From the NCBI GenBank assembly GCA_013265495.1, contig MU060261.1, forward strand, positions 5,991,388 through 6,055,387: a stretch of DNA of 64,000 bases, in the 5' to 3' direction. Within the stretch, counting starts at the first letter, position 1; every line of letters starts with the position of its first letter. Below the pieces are notes generated by a model. It was not told where the DNA came from and did no database searches. It worked only from the letters and a program-made list of their open reading frames with translations. A program made the position numbers and the translations under genes. This document shows, piece after piece, positions 36,164-51,897 of this stretch. The DNA is from Vicugna vicugna. Taxonomy: Eukaryota.

Positions 36164-37403
36164 ATTGATTGATTCTATCTGGAAGGGTGAGAGAGTTCAC
36201 ATGGTAATCAATAATTGAGCTGGGCCTTAAAGCTCAAAAAGGCCCTGGCTGTAAAAGCAAAATGTTAAAGGAAGAGCGAAAGCACAGTTTGTCCAGAAAT
36301 ACCTAGTGGACCCTGGGGCACTCTATGTATGTGGGCTATGTGTGACAGTTAAGGCTGGCAATTTGACTGGGATCAGATCACAGAGGGCTTTGAATGCCAG
36401 CTTTAAGAATGTGATCTTTATTCAGAACCCCGTGTTTTCAAAATATACCACTAGCAGTATGTAAATAACTTAGGTAACGCACAAACTTTAAAAAAATTTT
36501 GTTATGTAATTTTTAATGTGTGTTTGGAAAAATAATAGCTATAATGCCAAAACTATGACTTCACAAATATTCTTACTTAGAAGAGGCTAAAGTTGGTAGT
36601 AAGAAAAGCCAGTAAAGTTAGAAAAATATTAAATAATTATAAGAGTGGAAAGGGACTATAAACATAGTCATGAAAATAGTACAAGGTTTGGAAAGCACTG
36701 CAGTAAGCAATGGGACCTTTGCTATTTCCTTGGTGGGTGTTGTGGGGAGGGCAGTAACTGTGAAGAGAGCCATGCTTTGCAAGGATCACAATGGTAACCC
36801 TGTGGAGGAAGATGCACTGAGAGAGACTGGGGATGGGAGTCAGGAAGCCCTATTAGGAAGCCAGTACCCAGAAGGAGAAAGATGAAGACCTGCATATGGT
36901 AGTACAGAGAGGAGAGTGAGGACTCATACAAAGGGCACTCCAGATAGAAGTTAAAAAGTTGATGGCCTGATTAAAAGGGACAAAATGAAGAATGATGGCA
37001 ATTCCATTTATAGATTTAGAGGACATGGGACATTGCTTTGTGGGCACATGGGAAGAGCATTGATTAATGCATTTATTTTTGACATGGATTTGGGGGCACC
37101 TTCCAGACATTCACATGTCAATGGGCCAATTAAGGACATGTGTCTCTGGGCACTCCACAGAAAAATAACCAAGATACACGTGCAGGCATCTTCCCTTCTT
37201 GCTCCATCTGTCTCCTCACTCTGACACCTACTCTTGACTTCCGCTAGCATGGAGTTTGACAAACACCAACCTATTTCAGGAAGATGGGAAATATTTAACT
37301 CCTTTCAGGGGACCTTGCTCAATCCAGGGACCACAACCAGCAACTTCCAAAATAGTTGAATTATAACCTGTTAGAGCTGGAGGACCTTGGTGATTATCTG
37401 GTC

Positions 37404-37590
37404 CAGTTATTCTGAAGCTTGAGGACACATCAGAGTCACCTGGAGGATTTGTGAATGCATAGATTGCTGGGCCCTACATTGGAGTTTTTGATTCAGTAGG
37501 TCCAGGTAGGACCCAGAATTTGCGTTTTGAACAAGTTCCCAGATGATAGTGAGGTTGCTTGCCCGGGGACTACACTTTGAGAATCACAAC
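37404..37590. mobile_element. MER5A-like DNA transposon remnant
   Basis: catcagagtcacctggaggatt...ttgattcagtaggtccaggt...aacaagttcccagatgat...actacactttgagaatcac. Confidence 0.7.
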
Positions 37591-38659
37591 TTCTCCAGAT
37601 TACAGAATGGAAAACTGCAGACTAAAGAAGTAAAGTGCATCACAGCAGCAAAACATAGTGGAAAGAACATAGACTTTGCAGCCAACCGGACCTGGTTTCA
37701 AATCCTGCCTGACTCACTATGCCATCTCAGGCAGTTTACTTAACTACTCTGAGCCTCAGTTTTTTTTTCTACAAAATGGTTAGAACAACAAAGTAGCAGA
37801 AGTTTGTCATTCTTTCTGGCTGCTGGCAGAAAGATCAGTGGTGTCAGCTGGGCCTTCCAGCATCCAGGGTCAGGACATTGGTCTACAAACTGCACTGTCT
37901 AGTGTTTAGGGGCAGTTGCCACAGTGCCCCTGCTGGCTTAGTTCTGTGATTTGAGACATTTTTTCCTGGCTTTATAACCTTGGAACCCAGGCCCCCTGCC
38001 TTCCTGTGACCTGCTTAAATCCTCCTGAAATCAAATAATTATTTTTGCACAACTGTTGTGAGAAGTAAATGAGATAATATATGTGATATCCCTGCTCTGT
38101 CCATAATGAGGAAGAGTTTGTTCTCTTTAAATTGAAGCTACCATAAATATCATCATGATTAGTTTGAAAATGAATACATAGTTTGGCCAGAGATGTAGGC
38201 CCAGAGGCAGATGGTCTAGCTCCCTCCCTGGACCCCCCTGAGAAAGATGATGTGGGGAAGGGCACTCAGTCTAACCAGCTTGGGAACTGGACTTGATCAG
38301 GACACCTCCAAACACTCGTATGCTAGGGAAGCCTCACAGTAATTCATGAGCATTTGATCTGGGTTCCCACCATGCCAGTGTATCCGTTTCTTTCCCTTTT
38401 CACTACCAAGGATGACTGTGTCCTCTATCTAGGGAATTCCCTTTCCCAGCAAGGCATCAGTTTGTTGCCTGATGAGCAGAATATTAGGATAAAAGGACAG
38501 GATTATCTCTGTGAACGTATTTCAGCCAGGTAACACGGAGGCCCAAAGAACCATCCCTGCCCCACCGGTGACCACATTTGGCATCTCCCTCTCCATAATA
38601 ATTCTGGGCACGTCGTGACAATTCTGACAGCTGGTGTTGCCATTTGCCACTTTCCATTT

Positions 38660-39140
38660 TGAATTAATAGATTGATATTGGTTGATCAATTACTTTCTCT
38701 TTCATTTTACATACATTAGTTTCAAGCAAATCAAGTTGAGAGAAATCTTTTTCTTCATCTACCTTATTGTTCACTTCCTCCTTTATCCAATCAACCACCA
38801 ATCCCACAAATATAATAGTTCCTGAAGCTGTCCTTTCCATCTCCATTGCCACCTTTTTTTGTCTCAACCGGCATAATCTCTCATTATCTCATTATCTTTT
38901 TTGCTTACTCTCCTCTCTGGACCCACTAACTCCCTTCTAATCCATTCTCCACTTAGGAGCTCCCTCCCTCTTTTGATCTTTTTAAAATCCAGATTTGATC
39001 AGGCCACTCCTCTAAGCTAAAACCTAATTAATTTAATCCATTAAAATGATTGCCTGTTACTCTAGAAAAATGTTCAAAATCCTTAGCATAATATAGTGCC
39101 TATTTGCACTAGCAGGTGCTTTAATAAATATTTGTTGAAG
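38660..39140 (+). mobile_element. L2 fragment
   Basis: Degenerate L2 3' region ending in tagcaggtgctttaataaatatttgttgaa. Confidence 0.5.
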
Positions 39141-41115
39141 GGAGTGAGTGAGTGAGTCTCTGAACCTAGGAGGAACTGCCTTGTCCCTTTGTGTGTTAAT
39201 TTGACTTTTTAAATCTTAGAACACCTCCTCATTTCCAAACTCTTAGAAGTACCTCATTGTAGTAGCCTCTGGCATCTATTACAAAGTGATTTCCTCAAGG
39301 TCACACAGCTGGCGCATAAGCACCAGAGAATATACAGCCCTATTGTTCTTGACCAGAATCGCAGTTAAGTGAGAAACAAGCACAGTTCAAAAGTGGCAAC
39401 CACCAGTATGATGCTTCGTCCTCCTGCAACACTCCCACCAAGTTTCCAAGCCTTGCTATAGAGTCTTTCAAAGATAAAGGAAATCTACATTCTCACCCCA
39501 CCAAAGAAATCCCTTCATCTTAAGACAACTGTAACAGTTATTGAAAATGAGACAGTTCAACATGTAATCCACCCTAGCTGGTTAATCAAAGGATAGAGAG
39601 AAGGAGGGAAGGAGGCTGTGTGTGAGAGAGAGACCACACCCTCCTTCCTGTGGCGGTGCTAAGGTGCTTTGGGCCAACTGCCTCCAAGAGAAGAGGAAGG
39701 TGGGTGACTTTAGCTCCAGCTTAGTTCAAGATTCCTGATATCTAGCCCCAGAGATTCTACGAGATACTATAGACTAGCCAGGGACTAGAACAAGGAGGGG
39801 ATATGTGTGGAGGAAATGGGATTAATCTCAGCTCAAATGTTGGGTGGAATCCCAGCTGCTGCAGCTGCTGAGGGCTTAACCAGCTGTTCCCTGGGCAGCT
39901 GCAATGTTCAGCCCAGAACCTGGCTCTCAGGATGGCAGTTCTGACACAGCTTAAGGCTCTCATCTCCAAGCAAAGCCAAGGCTCTGTGGAAAGAATCGCT
40001 GGAAAGCAAAAGAGAATAGCAGAGAAAGAATCCCTAGTTTCAAGAACTTTTGATCAAACACAAAGTGGTTTGAAATCAAATAACTGTGTTCTTAGGTTTT
40101 GTGGTCTCAAGGAGGGAAGTTGAGAGACGGTTTGGGTTTAGATTTCAGATTGAAGCAAAGCCAGGGCTGGAGGTATCACCTTCAGTTCTGTTCCTGTCCT
40201 ATCCTGTCCTGCTCCAGTTTCCCTACACTGCCCCCACTACCATCTGTTCCCATAACTCACCTTGTGTGAGGACGGGGGCATTTCCTACTTGTGATCACAA
40301 CTAGCAACACTCACGTGCTCAGATGAGGACCAGCTTACTTAAGGATAAACATGACCCCAAAAGCCCATCCAATTGCCAATTTCCCTTTTTAAATGCAAGT
40401 TTGATTTTTTTCCTCCTCCCCTGTTTCAAATCCTGTGATTGTTTTTCAACTTTCAGACAAAACTGAGTCTTTAAAGTCGATCCCATTTCCTTATCACTAC
40501 TGAACCCATCTATGCTCCTCAGATTCACCTTACTGTTGCTCTCCAGCTTCAGACCTTTGCACATGCTGTTCCTTCTGCTTGAACAATTCTTACTCATCTT
40601 TCAGGTCTCAGCTTCCATTTCACTTCTCATCTCTTCCCCACACTCAGCAATGTTCTAACCACTTATGCCTGTCTTACCGGATGACCTGAAAGAGCTATGC
40701 CTAACTTTATTGTCCTATCTCCACAGCACATGATATTTGGCACATAGTAGGCACTCATTGAGCCCTTTTTGAAGATACCTCCTCCTTATGAGAGATGTTC
40801 ATCATCAACCAAGTTAAATATAGAGACAATAACAGGGAGAGGAGCATTTGAATGTGCTATTTAGCCACTAAGTCCCCTACAGGGAAATATCCTGACCAGC
40901 CTTAGGCTGCTTCCCAGAGACAGCTGTCTCAGTCTCCCACCCAGACAAGAAAGCTTCCTTCAATACAGCAGGGACCACAAAAGCATAGGCAGGGGTAAAC
41001 ATCCCAAGGCCCAAGGTCAGAAATGCTGATTTTCCAAGCAGAGTAGATTATTTTCACTCAGTAAAGACCCCACCTTAGCACTGGCCTCTTCTTATTTCAA
41101 ACATTTCAGGAAGTT

Positions 41116-41513
41116 TGTATTAGTGTGCTAGAGCTGCCATAACAAAATACCATAGACTGGGTGGCTTAGACATCAAACATTTATTTTCTCACAGTTTTGG
41201 AAGCTAGAAAAGTCCAAGTTCAAGGTTCCAACCAATTTGGCTTCTGTTGAGAACTCTCCTCCTGGCCTGTGTTTGGCTGCCTTCTCATTGTGGCATTGCA
41301 AGGCCTCCCCTTGGTGCATGTGAAGAGAGAGAAAGCAAGCCCTCTGGTGTGTCTTCGTAAAAGAATACTAATCCTATCAGATCAGGGCTCCACCCTGATG
41401 ATCTCATTTAACCTTAGTTATTTCCTTAGAGACCCAACCTCCAAATACAGCCCACATGGGCATGAGGGCTTCAACATACGAATTTTGGGAAACACAAATA
41501 TTCAGTCAGTAAC
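41116..41513. mobile_element. MLT1-type MaLR solo LTR
   Basis: tgtattagt...gctgccataacaaaataccatagactgggtggcttag...atttattttctcacagtt...ttcaacatacgaattttggg is typical of MLT1. Confidence 0.75.
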
Positions 41514-43853
41514 GAAGTTCAATCTCCCCTCTCCTCTAATTCAAAGAGAGCTAAGAATCTTCTCACATTTTCTGGGTTGGTGGACTAACTTGCCATGGAT
41601 TACTGCCAGAAACTTACACCTACATCTGTATTTCCTTAACTGGTGGCTAGGTAGCTTTAGTTAAGGAAGCCAGCCATCCAGGCAGGAGGAAGAAGAGCCA
41701 GTGAAAGTGAGAGGGAAATAACTTTCAGAAGCTAGACTTACTAGTGGCTTAATGAAGGGAATGAGGAAGAGTCAAAACCAGCTTAAGGCCCCACAGGATG
41801 TGGCCCCATCCTTCAAGTTAGTCTTATTTCTTGTTATTCCTGCTCCAGTTTCCTCATCTGTAATACAATCTCATAGGGTTATTATGACAACTAAATAAGA
41901 ATGCATGTAAAATTGGTCAAACAAGTCCTGGCCCATAGTAAATTCTCAGGAACTATTAGCTACATATAGTTGCACTTCCCAATCTCCCACTCTAACCAGC
42001 CTGCACATCTTCATCCAGGATTCCAAGTCCTTGTTCATGTTATTATTTCTGTCTGGAATGCCTTTTCTGGTCTCCTCCACCTACACATGCTACAACATCC
42101 TCTTTAGGCCCTACTTTCTCCACAGGCCTTCTGTGTACAAATACGACATTTACTGCCCATTCAACTCATCCTGATTAAGGGACAATGTTGCTTTGGTAGT
42201 CAATCTTCTTACACCTTTAAGAAGCTGTTTTCTTAATTTGTGTGTCTGTGTTTTTCAGTGCCTAATATGGTGCTACACTATAGATGTTCAGTAAATCCTG
42301 CTTGAAGAAAGGAATTGGAGAAAAATCTGAATTCTGGGCAAAATAAAAAGTCATCTGAACTTTGAAGCAGTGGTTTTTCAACCCCAGTTTCCCCATATGC
42401 AGAGAGGTCTTGCCAGAATTATCACAAAATGCTCTGTAAATTCTCAAAACAAGATTACTTTTAATTATACTTTAGTTCTAAAGCAAACCCATATCTGTCA
42501 CACAGCACCTTCTGAAGAATGGAGTGTTATGAAATCAAACAATTTTAGGGGCTACACAATCCCCTCCCCCAAAGTCTGGGAACCATTGATAATGCTGCTT
42601 CTAGTGGAGTGGTGAGGAAAGAAGCAGACAGACAGCAGAAAGCAGCACAGGCAGTGAGAAATGGGTGCAGAGCATGGACAACATTCACTGGGCGTCTGTT
42701 CCACATTGATCACATACACTGATACTGTCAAGAATCCTGTCAGGAGGTCTACCTGACTTCCAAGCCATGCCCTTTCCCTAAGCCTCCCTGCTTATTTTGC
42801 TGATAAGAAGAGGTGTTGCATCTGGAGATGTTGTGTGGCCAAGTGAATATGCCTTCCTGGCCATCTTCATAGAGACAGTGCTCTTCGCTGCCTGAAGGAA
42901 GATAATGGATTTTTTTGGGGGGTGGGGGGAGCTGGGAGAGCCTCAAGGGGACAAGAATAATGAAGGATGGAAGTCAGGAGTGAGAGGTGAGCCTCAGGCC
43001 TGGGAAGTAGTCTATAGGATGTAGCTTAAGGGGAACCATTAGTTCTCCAATATCCGATGATGTCCCCAACTATATCCCTGCCCAATGTATTGAAGTACTA
43101 GGAATCAGCACCACTATGATTTTATGGCTTAAAGTCTTATTTTCAGCCAGCCTTTAAAATATATGCATTACCTGGGAAGAGTAGTAAAAACGGGAGGCCA
43201 TCAACATAGAAATACTAATTAGCTTATCAGATTAGTCATCCCCTGTAGTGACATGACTGAAGGGCATCAGAATCTGATAGAGTGAGACAAGGGCAGTTTT
43301 AGAGAAAAAAAAAAAAAGTAGGAAAGGTCCAAAGCTTGGAGTGTGTTTCTAAAATCAGGAAAGGGGGCAGGTGGCAGAAACAGGCACCTTGTGTGGATTG
43401 AGGGAAGTGAGAGGTATAAGGACACTTTAAGGTAAACTTAGCCTGCTTCCAAATGTTGGCTTTATCAAGCACAACCTGGGACCCTAAGTATGTTTTCACC
43501 TCCAGACACTGAACTCAAGGGTCACAAAGGTGAGGGAGATGAGTGGGTAACTTAGATGCACATGGAAATCTGCACTACTGCAGTCTACAACTACACCTCT
43601 AGCTTCCAGGAGCCACAGAACTAAACCAAGTGCAGGGGATGCAAAAGTGCCATGGTTTGGAAGGACTTTCCCAACGAGAGGCAGGTGGGCTCCTCGCCAG
43701 CCGGTGACACCCATGGCTCATCCCTGGCAGCTTAACAAGCCCCATGCACCATCTCTTGCCGCCTGGAAGCAGGCTCTTTTACGCAGATCCAGTCCACCCA
43801 TCTGTGTAGTATGTGGTTCTTTTCCCTTTGGCCTGGGAAGGAACCGATTCTGA

Positions 43854-43872
43854 AGGCCACTAGAGGGCGGTG
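43854..43872 (+). promoter_or_regulatory. CTCF core motif AGGCCACTAGAGGGCGGTG
   Basis: Full match to the CTCF core consensus, about 1.4 kb downstream of the DHH stop codon. Confidence 0.75.
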
Positions 43873-45257
43873 TATAGCAGGGACACTGTGCAGGAAGAGT
43901 ACAGCTGCTACAGGGAAGGGCGGGCTCCTGGTGGTACCAACAACCCCTACCATCTCCCAGGCTCTAGATATCCCTCTTCCAGTGCAGTCCAACTTCCTCT
44001 GAGCTGCCGTTCCTAACTCAGGGGCACCTGCCTGCCTGGATTCCAGATGTCTGCTGCATTGGAACTCAAAAAATTTCCAGAAACACCCAGGCTGGGAAAG
44101 CAGAGCTGGTGAAAATGGGAGAGGGGAGAGGGGTACAGTGGAGAAAGCCAGTAGAAATGAAAAGGACAGGTGATCAGGAAAGGGGTTCAGGTTGTAATTC
44201 CTATGTGCTCTTGCTTGGAGAGCCTGTCCCCCTACTCCATACACTTGGGCTGAAGCTGTTCTTTGTGCTGAGCCCAGCAGGAAGGATAGGTTCCAGCCCT
44301 CTGTCCAGGTTCTTTCTCTTGATCAACAGTGTGTGAGAACTATCAGTTATATATTAGCTAGAGATTCCCGTGGGTCATTAGTTGGTCCAGTGACATCCCA
44401 GAAAAAAAACATCAGCCCCATGCAGACCCCCAATACCAGAGTAGGATGGGGGCTAGGGTGATTCTTGAGGGAGGGACCAGGACTGCAGGCTAACAATTGG
44501 GGGCCAGAATTCTTTATGTATCAGAACCCACAATGGCCTCAACCGCCTTTGTAGCCCCTATGAATGGAGAAAGGATGTGTTTGGGTTTTCTCACCCTCCA
44601 ACAGTTGGTATGCAATCATGTGGGCAGAATGCTGGTCCTCTCTGGGTGGGAGAAAGAAATAGCAGCCTAGAATAGTTCTGACTCCTCTGGTCTCTGTTAC
44701 TGATCCTGTTGCTGATCGATTGGGATGCCTTTTCTGAGAGGAGAAAGCAGGGCCAGAGGACCCTGGGTAAGGAGGAAGAGTGGGAAGTAAGATATGGTCC
44801 CCTTTCTCCCGCACATCTGGAGGTAAATCACCATCTAAATAGAGATATCCCCAACAAGCTCCTGGAAGCCTTCCCTTTATTAGCCTACCTGTAGGAAAAT
44901 GTCAGTTTGGCTCCAGTGTCAGACAGTGTTAACGCCGTGCCCCAGCCCCTCATCTTGCCAGGCTGGGCAAGCAGATCATTATATTACAATTTATAAATAG
45001 AAAATAAAATAAAATAATCGGGTTGGGCTGAGGCACTGGGGAGGAAGAGGCGAAACAGTCCACGTCAAGGAGTACTCATCAACAACCCCACATATTTAGG
45101 ACCCTACCTCTCAGTTAGAGGTTGTCCCTAAACCATCGCATCTATTTTCCTCCCTATCCCACCTCCCAGTCAGCATCGTCTGCTGCCCATATCCCCAGAT
45201 CTCAGCCCGCACGCCCCCGTTTAGGCGGGCGCCTCGAGGTTTCTATGCCTGGAGCGC

Positions 45258-49780
<4,523 letters not shown>

Positions 49781-51395
49781 TGAAGTGTGTCCCATCCTTG
49801 AGACCAAGCAGGAACCTGCCTCGGAAATTTTAGCAGCTTTACAGTCCTCCGTTGCCTTGCTAAGCATCCTACCTCTAAGCCTATGCGTGGCACCAAATCA
49901 CCTTCCTCTAATATGTGAATTAGATCTAAGCACTCCCAAAGCCTACCTTGGCAGGTCATGTCCTTTGCTATCATTTAGGAGGTATGGGATCCAATTTCTG
50001 CCCAAGACCAGCCAAGCCCTTTAGGCATACAACCTGAGCATCCCTTCTCTGTGGTCCTTCTCCCACCTCCTCCACCTCCATCTCTCCTTCTTAGCAGTAA
50101 CCAAGACTGGAAGGGGTGGTACCAGGGGACCATTTTCCCTGGTAGTTTTGCAGTCTTCTGTTGGGAGCTTCCTCAGAATCAGGAACAGTGTTTCGTAGTT
50201 ACAGTCAAACTTTTGTCTCCTCTCTTATCCTTGCCAAACACCCAACTTGTCAACTGGAAGCTGCTGGAGGGCAATGAGTACTGAAAGTTGTAGTTTCTAA
50301 CAGGCTAATGTTTGCTTCCCTTTACCTTCTATCTAGGCACCTCTCTATCCTTCACCCTCTCTGGAAACCCTCTCCATGTCTAGCCACTCAGGTCTCATCT
50401 CAGAGGATTCGTGACTGTAATACTTCACCCACTAATCTACTATTGTTTAGAAATCTCTAAGAAGCCTTCCCTGATGTCCTGACACTGGCCCTCTGTGTTT
50501 CCTTGAGAATCAATAATTAACTGCCATTCATTGTGCTATGGTATTAAAATTATGTCACTCTTACTATACAAAGCAATTTCTAAGCACAAATTTGTTCATC
50601 ATGTACCCCCTTGGCTGAGTGCCTGGCCTCTAGTAGGGTGCTCAAAAGTATTTATGGCAACAACACTTTTTTTTTTTTTTGGTATTCCATACTCATCCCT
50701 CACATAGCTCCATGGCTAGCACTCACTAGCTTTGTGTACATTAGAAAAAAGCAGCCCTTCCTCAAGATACCTGGCTGCCATTTGCAAGGAAATAGTTGTA
50801 GTAACTACATGTAGACTATGGGGTGAATGGTGCCCTGAGAAGTTGTGCAATGTACAATCTTCATAATCATGAGTAGAAATTTAACCCCTCCTCCCAACAC
50901 AGCAGAGGGGCTTGCAGAGTATTCAAGGGACTGATAGCTTCTGGAAGGATGGAGTTGGGTTCTTCTCTGATGTAGGAATCACAAACCCTTGTCGGGCAGA
51001 CACTTATTTACTCTTCATCCAATAGGCAAGTCAGGGAGAGAGCTGCGGGTGGGGGCAGTATATAGAGGAAGGTTATCCTATTCCTACACTCATGCCCACC
51101 TACTCCCAATAACCAAGGCACAGAAATAAGGCCTGGGCATAAGGAAGAGTCAGGTGACCAGCCAACTTTCAGCAAGTCCAAGGAGAGGAGGAGCTCCCCA
51201 CTGACTCACTGTATGGCCTAACAGCAGACTCAAGTCCTCAAGGGTCACTCAGAATGTGGATGGAGGGGAAGGGAAAGGACAGTGGGCAAGAAACCTCTGT
51301 TTCTCTGGGTAGACTCAGGACTGGTGGGAGCAAAGCTGTTCAAACAGACACAGAGACAGGCCCTTTAGAAAACCAAAGCAAACCCTGGGATCAAC

Positions 51396-51401
51396 TTTAT
51401 T
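51396..51401 (-). terminator. Probable LMBR1L polyadenylation signal AATAAA
   Basis: tttatt on the plus strand about 500 nt past the stop codon. Confidence 0.65.
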
Positions 51402-51897
51402 GCTGATGGTTGTGGCCTCTTCCTCCCTATGCCGTCATCTCTCTGGTGGTCCATAGCCCCTCCAGGATAGCACAGTGCTTAGGCTCTGCTGGGCCAGAGG
51501 CAAGGGAGACAATCTGCCTCCCAAGTCTGCCCAGGCTCAGTCCCTCCCCTGTCCCCACCCTACCCTATTGCACATCAAATCATGTAAACATGGCTACGGG
51601 CATGGCCCGGAATAGCAGTGAGGCAGATAGATGTGTAAACGGATTTGGGACCAGGAGCCAGACCCAGTCACCCAGCCCCACTCCATGCTGAGGCCCACAG
51701 TTAAATCTGGAAAAGCCGGTGGGGCCTGGTCCCAAACTCTGGCTCAGATTATGCAACAGTGCAGATGGCTCAGCTCCCCTCTGCCACCCACCCTCTCAGA
51801 TTACAGGTCTTGAGGTCCACCCACCCCTGGGTGCCCCTCCAGGCCTGGGTAGCAGATGGCAGTGTCCAGTTTTCTCCCTCTCATCCCCAGCTGGAGG

